Source of the DNA: Candidatus Latescibacterota bacterium
GTDB taxonomy: Bacteria > Latescibacterota > UBA2968 > SICM01
Assembly: GCA_965217865.1 (NCBI GenBank)
Contig: CBDCJO010000002.1
Location: 2,304,001 to 2,368,000 of the forward strand
Length of the DNA: 64,000 nucleotides
Direction of reading: 5' to 3'
The first letter of the stretch is position 1. Every line of letters starts with the position of its first letter. Below, piece after piece: positions 1-9,241 of this stretch. The notes under the pieces were generated by a model that did no database searches, was not told where the DNA came from, and saw only the letters and a program-made list of their open reading frames with translations. The position numbers were made by a program, and so were the translations under genes.

Positions 1-16
1 TCGTGCTTGTTGCCAC
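1..16 (-). CDS. 5' end of a gene running off the left edge
   Basis: Minus strand reads AGGAGGAGAA-GTG GCA ACA AGC ACG: strong RBS followed by a GTG start at 16. Confidence 0.5.
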
Positions 17-55
17 TTCTCCTCCTGAATAGGGGGCGTCTAATTGAAGAGACTT

Positions 56-312
56 TTCAATCTTCAATACTCAATCTTCAATTCCCCGAACCCTTCCACG
101 GCCTTTGCTTTTCCTGCTACTGCCACCTGCTATTGCTCTTCCCGCTCAGTTTCACGTCTCACGTTTGACGTTTGACGGCCTTTCAATCTTCAATTCCCCG
201 ACCCCCGCCCCTGCCTTTTCTTTTCCTGCTACCGCCACCTGCCACTGCTACTGCTTTTCTGACCTCTGACCTCTGACCTCTGACCTCCGGCCCCTGCTTT
301 TTGCATTTCCCC
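56..312. repeat. Intergenic short-tandem-repeat mosaic
   Basis: (tcttcaa)n, (ctgcca/ctgcta)n, (tctcacg/tttgacg)n and (ctgacct)x4 blocks. Confidence 0.9.
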
Positions 313-1191
313 CTATTCGGGAAAGCCGTCGTCGCGCGCATCGCGACGAAACCGGGCCATCCTCCGCCAATCGTGATCCTTGCCCACGACCCAGTCGGTC
401 GGAGGCCGTGGCTCACCGAGCAGCCACCGCTCCTCGTCCGTGAACTGGGACATGTCACCCGGATAGGGCACGTCCCGATGGATCGGGTGCATTAAGGTCG
501 GGCAGTACTGAAAATAACAGATCCGGCGGGGATGCTCGGACGCGTTCGGCTGCGCCTGATGCCAGATTCCGTTGTGAAAGCAGACAATCGTGCCTGCCTT
601 TGCCCTGACGGTAACATGGTTGTGGCTGAAATCCACTTCACGGTTCTTATTCCATCGCACGTAACGCAGCGATGTGCGGGCCTGTAATACAGGTTTGAGG
701 TGCGAGCCGCGAATCACCTCCAGAGTGCCCGAGTCCTCGTGCAGCGCATCCGAGAGAAAATAACCGAACCGCAGGGTGTGCATAGGGCAGCGGCCGTCTA
801 CTTCCGGGAATCCGACCGGACCGTCGGAATGCCAGCCAATGCTTCCACGACTCCGTTCCGGATTCTGGTATTTCACCCGCCACGTATCTTGTCCCAGGTG
901 AAACATCGGGCCAAAGACATCGTAGCTCAACTGCAAGGCGGGCTTGTACATCAGAAACTCACGGAAAACCGGGTCCGACTCCACGATATTCGTCTCTATG
1001 AAGAAACGCTGTTCGGGATCTTCCGCCCGGCCTTTTTCACAGAACGTGTCCATATAAGCTATGGCGCGATCGACCATGTCCTGCGGCAATGTGAACGGCA
1101 GGATGGCATAACTGTCTGCCCCTATGCGCGCAAGGATCTCGTCGCGCTGTGCATCGGTCAATGAGTGTTCGGCCTCTCTTGTTCCGTTCAT
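313..1191 (-). CDS. Phytanoyl-CoA dioxygenase (PhyH) family Fe(II)/2-oxoglutarate dioxygenase
   Basis: WHSDG (HxD), LEVIRGSH and FHNGIWH motifs give the HxD...H facial triad. Confidence 0.9.
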   Translation of the reverse strand: MNGTREAEHSLTDAQRDEILARIGADSYAILPFTLPQDMVDRAIAYMDTFCEKGRAEDPEQRFFIETNIVESDPVFREFLMYKPALQLSYDVFGPMFHLGQDTWRVKYQNPERSRGSIGWHSDGPVGFPEVDGRCPMHTLRFGYFLSDALHEDSGTLEVIRGSHLKPVLQARTSLRYVRWNKNREVDFSHNHVTVRAKAGTIVCFHNGIWHQAQPNASEHPRRICYFQYCPTLMHPIHRDVPYPGDMSQFTDEERWLLGEPRPPTDWVVGKDHDWRRMARFRRDARDDGFPE

Positions 1192-1266
1192 GGCCCTCTT
1201 TCATTCACGCATCGGGTTCGTATAGGACCTTCGCTGAAACCCTACACCCGATCCTGACTATCGGTT

Positions 1267-1326
1267 TTGACTTCCCTGACCTCTGACCTCCGGCCTCTGC
1301 TTTTTGCATTTCCATTTTGCATTCCC
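1267..1326. repeat. Intergenic repeat mosaic
   Basis: ctgacctctgacctccgg followed by (ttttgca/ttttcca)n. Confidence 0.85.
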
Positions 1327-2217
1327 TTAATCTGGAAACCCATCGTCCCGCGCATCGCGACGAAACCTCGACATGCGTTTCCATTCCTCTTCGGTTCCGA
1401 CCCCCCAGCTGGCGGGGGGGCGCGGCTCGCCCAGAAGCCAGCGCTCCTCGTCCGTGAAGGGCGACATATCCCCCGGATAGGGCGTGACCCGATGGAAGGA
1501 ATGCATCATTGTTGGGCAGTACTGAAAAAAACAGATCTTTCGCGGCTGATCCGACCGGTTCGGTTGGGCCTGATGCCAGATCGCATTGTGGAAGGCGACA
1601 ATCGTGCCTGCTTTTCCCTTCACCGTCACATGGTTGAGCGTAAAATTGTCGTCACGTTTATCCTCCCGCACGTAGCGAATCGACCGGCGGGCGTGCAGGA
1701 CCGTCTTCAGATGAGAGCCACGGATCACTTCCAGGGTCCCCGAATCGTCATGCAAGGCATCCGATAGAAGATAGCCGAAGCGCAACGTATGTAGGGCGCA
1801 GCGCCCGTCCACCTGGGGAAAGTTCACCGGGCCGTCAGAGTGCCAGGTAATTGATCCCGGATCTGCTAACGTCGTCAGATCCTTTGGATCATGGTATTTC
1901 ACGCGCCACGTATCCTGTCCCAGGTGAAACATCGGGCCAAAGACATCGTAGCTCAACTGCAAGGCAGGCTTGTACATCAGAAACTCGCGGAAAACCGGGT
2001 CCGACTCCACGATATTCGTCTCACTGAAATAATATTGCTGTGGGTTTTCTGCCCGGCCTTTATCGCAGCACGTGTCCATATAAGCAACGGCGCGATCGAT
2101 CATGTCCTGCGGCAATGTGAACGGCAGGATGACAAAACTTTCTGCCTCTATGCGCGCGAGGATCTCGTCGCGTTGTGCATCGGTCAATGAGTGTCCGGCC
2201 TCTGTTGTTCCTTTCAT
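1327..2217 (-). CDS. PhyH family dioxygenase, tandem paralog of 313..1191
   Basis: WHSDG and FHNAIWH motifs; long identical stretches with the neighbouring gene. Confidence 0.9.
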   Translation of the reverse strand: MKGTTEAGHSLTDAQRDEILARIEAESFVILPFTLPQDMIDRAVAYMDTCCDKGRAENPQQYYFSETNIVESDPVFREFLMYKPALQLSYDVFGPMFHLGQDTWRVKYHDPKDLTTLADPGSITWHSDGPVNFPQVDGRCALHTLRFGYLLSDALHDDSGTLEVIRGSHLKTVLHARRSIRYVREDKRDDNFTLNHVTVKGKAGTIVAFHNAIWHQAQPNRSDQPRKICFFQYCPTMMHSFHRVTPYPGDMSPFTDEERWLLGEPRPPASWGVGTEEEWKRMSRFRRDARDDGFPD

Positions 2218-2399
2218 AGCCCCCCTCCCTTAATACAAAGGTTTCGTATCGAAACGATCCTGGAATTGAAATAAAACCCGGGTTCAATCGTGTTATTAGA
2301 GTCTTACGATCCAACTTCTACTCAAGATCATACACATCTTTTTGTTTCGGTTGAATACTGCGAAACCCGCAAAAGGGAGTATGACATTCAACCGAACTT

Positions 2400-2455
2400 C
2401 CCCCTCTCCCCGTACCCTGGGAGAGGGGTGCCGAGCTTGCGAGGCGGGGTGAGGG
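2400..2455. repeat. REP-like hairpin element
   Basis: cccctctccc-N8-gggagagggg stem followed by ...ggggtgaggg. Confidence 0.65.
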
Positions 2456-2608
2456 AGCACGACGGCATGTCAAAATATCATATCACCTTCCGGAAAATTC
2501 ATACGCACAGTGCTTGCATCTTTTTGGTTGCTGGTGAGGAAACCGAAGGCGCGATAGGATAAAAAACGAAAAGAACAGATCGAAAGCCTATTTTGCTGCA
2601 GAATCACT

Positions 2609-3553
2609 TTACAAAAGATTAAGTTGAGTCTGACTGGCTTGACGGTCGTGGTGGCCCTTCGATTCTTGCACCACCCTGCAGGAGTAATCGAAGTATTCAT
2701 CGTCTATCTCGAATCCCGTGAAATCGATCCCAAGACTTTTTGCAGCCAGAGCAGAATGTCCTAAGCCCAGGAAGGGATCCAAAACGTGCTCTGCTCTTTC
2801 GATTCCATGAAGAAGGATGCAGTTCCGGGGGATTTTCCAGGGGAAGGTTGCGGGGTGGGGTCGTTCCCTGTCCCGCCTCTGTATTGTCGTATACGGAACG
2901 AACCAGGTATTGCCACGACACCTCAGGTCCTTTCCTCCGGTATTCCACCTGGAAACGTTCGACTTGTCCTGGTACTCAACACCGATTGCCAGCCGATCGA
3001 GCGGCACATCGCCGTTCTTTGTCAGATGAAAGATGTATTCGTGACAGTCATGGATGAATCGAGGACTGTTAATCGGCTTGTAGTGGCCGACTGCAAATCC
3101 CCCGGGAATCCCAGTTTGTTTTCCGACATCGTCAGCGTCGACGGCGATCGACTTGATCCAATGAATCACATTTTGTAGACAGAAATGTTGTCGTAATGCT
3201 GACACCACCTCAAACGGCCCCCAGGGATCGGATGGTTTATGGCCAATGTTGAGAAAAAGAGACCCGCTGTCATCCATCACTTCCTTTAGGACTTTCCCCC
3301 AGGATGCGATCCAGGCGATGTATTCCTCCCGGGGAACAGAATCATCGTATTTTCCGTATTTGACTCCAAGATTATAAGGCGGGGAAGTCACCACAACATC
3401 GATTGACCTGGGCTTCAATCCCTCTCTGATGCCTGCGATGCAGTCCTTGTGATAAAGTGTAATCTTCGAGTTTTCCGTCTTCCAGACATACGAGTCCTCG
3501 GATTTCCTTTTTTGTCCTTCGTCCATTACGTTCGCTTTTCCAGACAATGCCAT
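2609..3553 (-). CDS. Orphan beta-class N4-C/N6-A DNA methyltransferase
   Basis: N-terminal motif IV TSPPYN, HPATFP, C-terminal motif I VLDPFLGLG; no adjacent restriction endonuclease. Confidence 0.92.
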   Translation of the reverse strand: MALSGKANVMDEGQKRKSEDSYVWKTENSKITLYHKDCIAGIREGLKPRSIDVVVTSPPYNLGVKYGKYDDSVPREEYIAWIASWGKVLKEVMDDSGSLFLNIGHKPSDPWGPFEVVSALRQHFCLQNVIHWIKSIAVDADDVGKQTGIPGGFAVGHYKPINSPRFIHDCHEYIFHLTKNGDVPLDRLAIGVEYQDKSNVSRWNTGGKDLRCRGNTWFVPYTTIQRRDRERPHPATFPWKIPRNCILLHGIERAEHVLDPFLGLGHSALAAKSLGIDFTGFEIDDEYFDYSCRVVQESKGHHDRQASQTQLNLL

Positions 3554-3574
3554 CTGCTACATCCTTTTGCACGC

Positions 3575-3699
3575 CTCATGTTTCACAGTTTCTCTTCCCC
3601 GACCCCTGATCTCCGACCTCCGACACCTGACTTTGCCTATCCTGTCTCCTGCTACTACTACTGCTACTACCTTTTCCCGTTTCACGTCTGACGTCTCAC
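3575..3699. repeat. Intergenic repeat mosaic
   Basis: ccgacct/ctgatct units, ctgcta/ctacta units, tttcacg-tctgacg-tctcacg; last unit overlaps the TGA of 3696..6923. Confidence 0.85.
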
Positions 3700-6600
3700 G
3701 ATTTCCCTTCCACCTCTCCGACCAACCCTTTATCTCGAACCGCCTTCAGCAAAACCTCATCCTCCATCAGTCTCAGAAACCGCAGCGCTTCAGCCCGGTC
3801 TCCCGGATCAGTGCCCAGAAGTGCCACCCGCGCAAGCAAGTCAGCCGCTTTCTGTTCTCCGCTCCTGGCCAGAGACGCCTGTGCGGTCCGCCGGACGATT
3901 GGATGCGGGTCGTCCAACATAGACTGAATCCTCTCCAGGTCCGGGGACGAGAAAGCGCCTATCCTGCGTAAGGCATCCTGTCGGACCTTCCAGTCCCGGC
4001 TCCCGAGATTTTCCATCAGAGTCTCATAACCAACCGGAAGCTCCGGGTCCACCTCCCACTGCCATCTATTGGCGGACGAATCCAGGGAAGCCATCGGATC
4101 GGTCGGAATGCCCGAAGACGGGTCCGGCATGCCGATGTAAAGATTTCCATCCCGTACGATCTGCCCGGCCCCTCGGAGCCAGGGATAGAAATTTTGATCC
4201 TTGCCGCAGCGCTGAACCTCTGAGGACGTTGCGATGCGCGGTCCGGACATCCGTTCTCCGGACAACTCCTGGTGATCAATGTCATCCCACGCGGTCCCAA
4301 AAGGCGTCACGCCGTAAATTTCCCCCTCTCGGGTCTCGATGGACAGGACCTCCCCGCTGATTTCCGAAACGTCGCCCTGCGTCAACGATTCGACGCGTAC
4401 CCTCTCCCGGCCCCAGGGGTTTGCGACCCGGCAGGTTCCGTCGTGTGTTCCCCGGACCGAAAAGGTGGCCACCTGATCGCCCCTCCGTTCGGAACTGAGC
4501 AGGAACCCCCCCTCGATCCTGAAGTTCGCGAACCGCATCGGTTCCCCCGGCAAGGCCCCCGGGAAAAGATGCACCACCCCGTGCCTAACTTGTAAAAGCC
4601 ACTCGTGGACACACGCGCAGAGGACATTCGTCCCCTCGACGATCGACAGCCGTCCGATCTCCCACTCCCCCTGTCTCAGATCGGCGAGGGCGACCTGTCC
4701 GTTCGGCTTCAGGCAGAACCTCAGAAACGGACTGTAGAACAGATTCCGGGAAAGATCAGGAAGGTCGAGCCGGGAAGCGACGATCGGAAGCCACCCCGAC
4801 GTGAACCCGACCGGTTCAAATCCTCCATCAAATCCCGGAAACGCCTCGTGCCTGGCCACACCCCGGTAAGCGATCAGGTCCGTCGTGATCTCCAGAGTCT
4901 TCAGGAATTTTTCATAAAGGGGATGGTTGGGTGTGACCTCGCAGACGGGATAGACCCCCGCGAACACCGAGGGGTGACAGCGGTACGGATGGGCGACCAT
5001 TTGGGACTCATGAACCGATTGGCCGTCCTGGGGGTAGTCGAATAGACGCTCTCTCATCTCCAGCCATGTCCGGTTCTCATCCTCCTCTCCAAGAACCTCC
5101 CCCGCCTCGATCAGGTGGTCCATGAGCGAACCGAACATCGCCCGGTCGATGGCAGGGTCGAACCCGGACCCGGATTGTTCGGGAGATTGCGATTCGACCA
5201 GGTGGACCCTGCCGTCCTTCCCCTCACTCATCACCGACTCGCCGTACCGGGCGCAAGAGGCCATGAGCGGATAGAGATAGTCTCGAAGAAAGGCCACGTC
5301 CCCGGTCAGCTTGTAGTGCTGCCAGAAATTAAGATGGAACCACGGCGTCGACGATTTGTGAGGGTTCGGATAGACGGTTGCCAGCCAGCGATGCCCCCCT
5401 GCCCATAGCGGGAGCGCCTGGTGCGCGACCTCCATTCCCCCGTGGGGAGAATGCTCGATGAACTCCGGGATCATCTCCAGGAAAGTGCGCACGTAGGGAT
5501 ACCCCAGATCGAGTCTGTTGGAGGGATAGATGGACCACCAGATCACGGGTACCTGTGCGTCCGTGGTGTACCCGTCCATCCAGGGTGGATTATCGCGCAT
5601 GTAGGATAGCCCCATAAAGGAGGTAGCCTGTTCGCTGCGCGACACGCACGCCTGCTGATACATCCCAAAGTAGTACGCGTGCTCGATGAACTTATCCGGC
5701 AAGTCCACGAACGATGCGTTCCAGTATCTGCCCCACCTGTCGCGATGCGTCGACCGGTCCGCTTCGGGATCCACGGATGCGCCTTCCGCTGTCATGTCCC
5801 TTGCTCGGGCAAGAGGCGTCCCGCACTCCCGGTCTGTGACGATCGATACCAGGATTTCAAAGTCGAACGAACGGGAAGACGGAAGTTTCAAGCTTCGTCC
5901 GTTCCTGTCCGCCACGTTCTCGTGGCCGACTTGCGCCTCGGAGCTTTTGACGATTGCCGAGATCGCATACGACATGTTCGGAAGCAAGTGTTCCATCCAG
6001 ATCTCCCGGTCTTTCCCGTCGTAGCCGATTGAGCTCGAAGCCCCTGTAGCAGGGAATTTATGAGCTGGCCGTTCCAGACTGATCCGTGGCGACACCGGCC
6101 CATCCGATCGGACGTGACAACGAATCCTCGCCAGGTTCCGGTCCCCCTGAACGTAAGCGGCCACACGAGCTTCCCACCCATCCCCTGACCAGGTGCGCTC
6201 GACCCTCCCCTCATACAGCGACAGCCGGTCCTCGAATCGGTCGGCTTCGGGATTGAAGGGCCTTCCTATGTCGATGCTTAACAGCCCCCCCCAGCAGCGG
6301 CCCGTCCCCACGCCCCGGTCATCTGTTGCCCAGAGATCCGTCTTCTGCATCCAGAAACAGAATCCTTCCCCTCCAGTAATCATGCCCCCGAAATCCCCAT
6401 TTCCGACCAAGAGCCCGTCCTGCCAGTGATCCACGGGACGTCGATAAACGATATCGTGCTGAGAAAGGTAGGCCTCCACGTCAGGCCGGAATCGAGATCC
6501 CGCAAAACAATCTCCCGCCCAGGCAGATTCCTGGATTCGCTGCCGCAGCGTCTCCCCCATTCGATCGAGGCGCAGGGGAATTCGCACGCGTTTTGGGACC

Positions 6601-6923
6601 GTGAAATTTCCCGCGGCCCACTGAACTCCCCGGGTTAATTCTACCTCCACCCCAACTGGAATCTCCTTCCCAACTTCACCCTCATCCACCGGAATCCAGA
6701 ACCCCAACCGGACCTCCTCTTTCTCACGAACATCGTGCGTCACCGACTTGACTTCTTCCCCATTCCCGTCCGTACGCCGCAAAGTGATTCGACACCCCTC
6801 CGGGAAACCATCTCCATCCGAAAGGGTCACAAATACGATCTGCCGGTATACCCCGTCCTTATCGATCACCGCTTCCGGTGCTGCGCGAATGGCGTGGATA
6901 TTCACGTGTAAAACCTTGTCCAT
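3696..6923 (-). CDS. GH95-like (alpha-L-fucosidase-like) glycoside hydrolase with C-terminal HEAT-like repeats
   Basis: WQDGLLVGNGDFGGM N-domain, SQSPEQ, YRCHPSVF, HEWLLQ...LFPG...FANFRIEGGF; C-terminal DWKVRQDALRRIG...DDPHPIVRRTAQASL. Confidence 0.75.
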   Translation of the reverse strand: MDKVLHVNIHAIRAAPEAVIDKDGVYRQIVFVTLSDGDGFPEGCRITLRRTDGNGEEVKSVTHDVREKEEVRLGFWIPVDEGEVGKEIPVGVEVELTRGVQWAAGNFTVPKRVRIPLRLDRMGETLRQRIQESAWAGDCFAGSRFRPDVEAYLSQHDIVYRRPVDHWQDGLLVGNGDFGGMITGGEGFCFWMQKTDLWATDDRGVGTGRCWGGLLSIDIGRPFNPEADRFEDRLSLYEGRVERTWSGDGWEARVAAYVQGDRNLARIRCHVRSDGPVSPRISLERPAHKFPATGASSSIGYDGKDREIWMEHLLPNMSYAISAIVKSSEAQVGHENVADRNGRSLKLPSSRSFDFEILVSIVTDRECGTPLARARDMTAEGASVDPEADRSTHRDRWGRYWNASFVDLPDKFIEHAYYFGMYQQACVSRSEQATSFMGLSYMRDNPPWMDGYTTDAQVPVIWWSIYPSNRLDLGYPYVRTFLEMIPEFIEHSPHGGMEVAHQALPLWAGGHRWLATVYPNPHKSSTPWFHLNFWQHYKLTGDVAFLRDYLYPLMASCARYGESVMSEGKDGRVHLVESQSPEQSGSGFDPAIDRAMFGSLMDHLIEAGEVLGEEDENRTWLEMRERLFDYPQDGQSVHESQMVAHPYRCHPSVFAGVYPVCEVTPNHPLYEKFLKTLEITTDLIAYRGVARHEAFPGFDGGFEPVGFTSGWLPIVASRLDLPDLSRNLFYSPFLRFCLKPNGQVALADLRQGEWEIGRLSIVEGTNVLCACVHEWLLQVRHGVVHLFPGALPGEPMRFANFRIEGGFLLSSERRGDQVATFSVRGTHDGTCRVANPWGRERVRVESLTQGDVSEISGEVLSIETREGEIYGVTPFGTAWDDIDHQELSGERMSGPRIATSSEVQRCGKDQNFYPWLRGAGQIVRDGNLYIGMPDPSSGIPTDPMASLDSSANRWQWEVDPELPVGYETLMENLGSRDWKVRQDALRRIGAFSSPDLERIQSMLDDPHPIVRRTAQASLARSGEQKAADLLARVALLGTDPGDRAEALRFLRLMEDEVLLKAVRDKGLVGEVEGKS

Positions 6924-7013
6924 CGTGTTGATGAATGTTACCCAGAACTTGGAATCCGGAACTATGGAGAGAGGAGATCATATGTTTGAAGTTTTGAGGA
7001 AATAAAGCGACAT

Positions 7014-7046
7014 CCCCCTTCCCTTTAGGGAAGGGGGCGCAGGGGG
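7014..7046. repeat. REP-like hairpin
   Basis: cccccttccct-tt-agggaaggggg perfect stem at 7014..7037. Confidence 0.6.
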
Positions 7047-7084
7047 TCTGACACTTAACCGAATTCTATAAGTCCGTCGCTGGT

Positions 7085-7261
7085 TTTCCGAATCACGATC
7101 CACGGTCCCCGGTTTTTTCCGACCTCCGACCCTTGCCTTCGCATTTCCTGCTGCTGCCACCTGCCACTGCTTTTCCCTGCCTCCGCCACTAGTTCAGTTG
7201 AATCTTCAATATTTAATTTCCTTTGTCCCCCGACCTCTGACCCCTGCCTTTCCTGCCACTG
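7085..7261. repeat. Intergenic repeat mosaic
   Basis: ccgacct, ctgccac, tcttcaa and ctgaccc blocks. Confidence 0.85.
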
Positions 7262-7265
7262 GATT

Positions 7266-9029
7266 TTATCCATCCGACGGCATCGACCATGGTCCCCCCA
7301 TCCTGAAACCGTCCAGGGAAACCATCGGCACGCACCGGAACAGGCTCTTGGCGAACGATTCCATCTCCGGGGTCCCAAGTTCTTCCTGATGGCCAAGCAT
7401 CCTGTGCATCGCCCATCCGGAAAGACGTGAGATGCGTCCGTGGGTGTCCCAGAAGCACAGGCCATCCACCCCCATTGCATAGCAGGTCATCGCACGAACC
7501 CTCATCGAGTCCCCGGATTGGCGACGCGGATAGAGGTCTGCATACAACCGGGTCTCCGTCCCGTCCGTAAACTTTTTAAACGCTTTAAGAATCGGCACGG
7601 CCCCGCTACCGTCCGGAGCCCCCGTGGCTTCAATGTGAACGACAAGATGGTCGACAAGCCCATCGTTCACCCAGGTTTCTACATCCATCCCGTAACATTT
7701 GCAGCTGGTCAGCGGACCTTTGTCCGGGAAGTCTGGCAGCCTGTACGTCGTGGGTATCACATAGCAGGTCTCCAGCCGCCGTCCCTGCTTCACCCCCACC
7801 TCGTCCAGCATGGCTCTCGTCTCCCGCAGGAGTTGCGTCAGGAATCCCGCCTGGTGAGCCAGCACCCGCTCGTCGTAAGGCTCAAGGCTGAGGATGTCCT
7901 CGCCGTGTTTCTCTCGGAACGATTCTCGAACCAGTTCTTCGAAGAGGGCATAAGGCCAGGATCTACAAAAGATGATGTTCACCCCGTCGGCTTCGTAGTC
8001 TTCGACCCACTCCCTGAACAGCGCGACGTACTTCGCCCGTACCTCCGGGAAGGCATGGCTCAATACCCGGGCCGGGTGGCCCTCGCGGGTCACGCAACAC
8101 CACTCAGGATGATCAAGTTGAAACTGTCCGGGACCGCAGTAGCCGAGGTGATTCGGAGGCAGCTGCACCCCCTCCATCCTAACTTGCGGAAATATTTCGA
8201 CTCCGATCTCGTGTGCGCAGCTCACCGCCGCCTCAAGCGGATCGAATCCGGCTTTCCGGTACCGATTTCGGGTTTCATTCGCGATCGCGCGGTACCCGCG
8301 AAACCCCGGTGTCCAGACCTGCTCCGTACCCACCCTCGACGGATAAAAAGTACCCAGCCCCAATGCACACCCCCAGAGGATCGTCCTGAAATCGCTGTCA
8401 AGGAGTCCCTGGAATTCGTTCTGCATATCCTCCTCGGATGCATAACCCCACCGGGAGTGCTGTCCGCTGTCGTGGTTGGCGATCAGCCGCCGCGTATCCC
8501 TCCGGGCCCGGTCCCCTTCAGCCCGTTCAGCCTCGGTCTGCGAAAGCGGAACGATTCGCACATAGCATATGTTTGTTGGGGACTCAGCGTCAACTCCCGC
8601 TTGGGGACGGTGAAACACCAGATCCTGTCCGGTCAGGTTTGCGAATTTCCAGAACGCCTCGCTGATGTCGGCCTCACCCGGAATCATCTCCGGAGGCACG
8701 ATATCCTTATTCGGCCTGAAGTTCTCAACGGTCGCATACGAATAGGCCGGATCCCCCGTTAACTTCAGAAACAAGATCAGGTCATCCGACTGATATGAAG
8801 CGCCGGGATAGGTTCCCACATAAATCGCGTGCCAGCCCTCGGCACTCAGCTTGAGGACGATCGGGGGGGCATCCATATCCGGCCCACAGAAAAGCATCCG
8901 GCCGGTGCCCGCCTCGATCTCATATTCGACCGCCGTCCATTTTCCCTTCTCAAACTTCGAGGAGATGGAGGATTTCGGCTCGCATCGGGAAAGGTCCAGA
9001 AAATATTTCGATTCGGATTCTCTATCCAT
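7266..9029 (-). CDS. GHL10/DUF187-like glycoside hydrolase (TIM barrel)
   Basis: FDPLEAAVSCAHEIGVEIFPQVRM, HPEW, AFPEVRAKYV, ADGVNIIFCR; start set at MDRES by alignment with 23224..24978 (the ORF-track extension lies in repeat DNA). Confidence 0.75.
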   Translation of the reverse strand: MDRESESKYFLDLSRCEPKSSISSKFEKGKWTAVEYEIEAGTGRMLFCGPDMDAPPIVLKLSAEGWHAIYVGTYPGASYQSDDLILFLKLTGDPAYSYATVENFRPNKDIVPPEMIPGEADISEAFWKFANLTGQDLVFHRPQAGVDAESPTNICYVRIVPLSQTEAERAEGDRARRDTRRLIANHDSGQHSRWGYASEEDMQNEFQGLLDSDFRTILWGCALGLGTFYPSRVGTEQVWTPGFRGYRAIANETRNRYRKAGFDPLEAAVSCAHEIGVEIFPQVRMEGVQLPPNHLGYCGPGQFQLDHPEWCCVTREGHPARVLSHAFPEVRAKYVALFREWVEDYEADGVNIIFCRSWPYALFEELVRESFREKHGEDILSLEPYDERVLAHQAGFLTQLLRETRAMLDEVGVKQGRRLETCYVIPTTYRLPDFPDKGPLTSCKCYGMDVETWVNDGLVDHLVVHIEATGAPDGSGAVPILKAFKKFTDGTETRLYADLYPRRQSGDSMRVRAMTCYAMGVDGLCFWDTHGRISRLSGWAMHRMLGHQEELGTPEMESFAKSLFRCVPMVSLDGFRMGGPWSMPSDG

Positions 9030-9057
9030 AAACCAACCCCCCTTGAGAGATACCCTA

Positions 9058-9241
9058 ATTTTCATTTCCCCTGACTTCCGACCCACTGTCTTTGTTCCTG
9101 CCACTGCCCCCTACCACTGCTTCTGCTTTCCCTGACCGTCCTACCTCTGACCTACTGCTCTTCCCGTTTCACGTTTGACGTTTGACAGCTTTTCCGACCT
9201 CCGACCCCTTTTGCATTTTCCAATTTCCATTTTTCATTTCC
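9058..9241. repeat. Intergenic repeat mosaic
   Basis: ctgactt/ccgaccc, ctgccact, tttcacg-tttgacg-tttgaca, (ttttgca/ttttcca)n. Confidence 0.9.

Noticed and set aside
56-312. Repeat mosaics as CRISPR or guide-RNA arrays
   Set aside because: No constant 20-40 bp repeat alternating with unique spacers; units are 6-7 bp; no cas genes in the window.
183-458. Short ORFs such as 183..458, 3567..3971, 17723..18049 and 32124..32390 (GQRSEVR-type peptides)
   Set aside because: Translations of the repeat DNA or antisense overlaps, with no independent coding evidence.
2609-3553. MTase recognising CTAG, linked to the IS target sites
   Set aside because: Specificity cannot be read from the sequence; the link is speculation.
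7440-8762. Long antisense ORFs (also 23392..24465, 28115..29122, 40090..41106, 58428..59549, 59263..60543, 61409..62527)
   Set aside because: Shadows of well-supported opposite-strand genes in GC-rich DNA.
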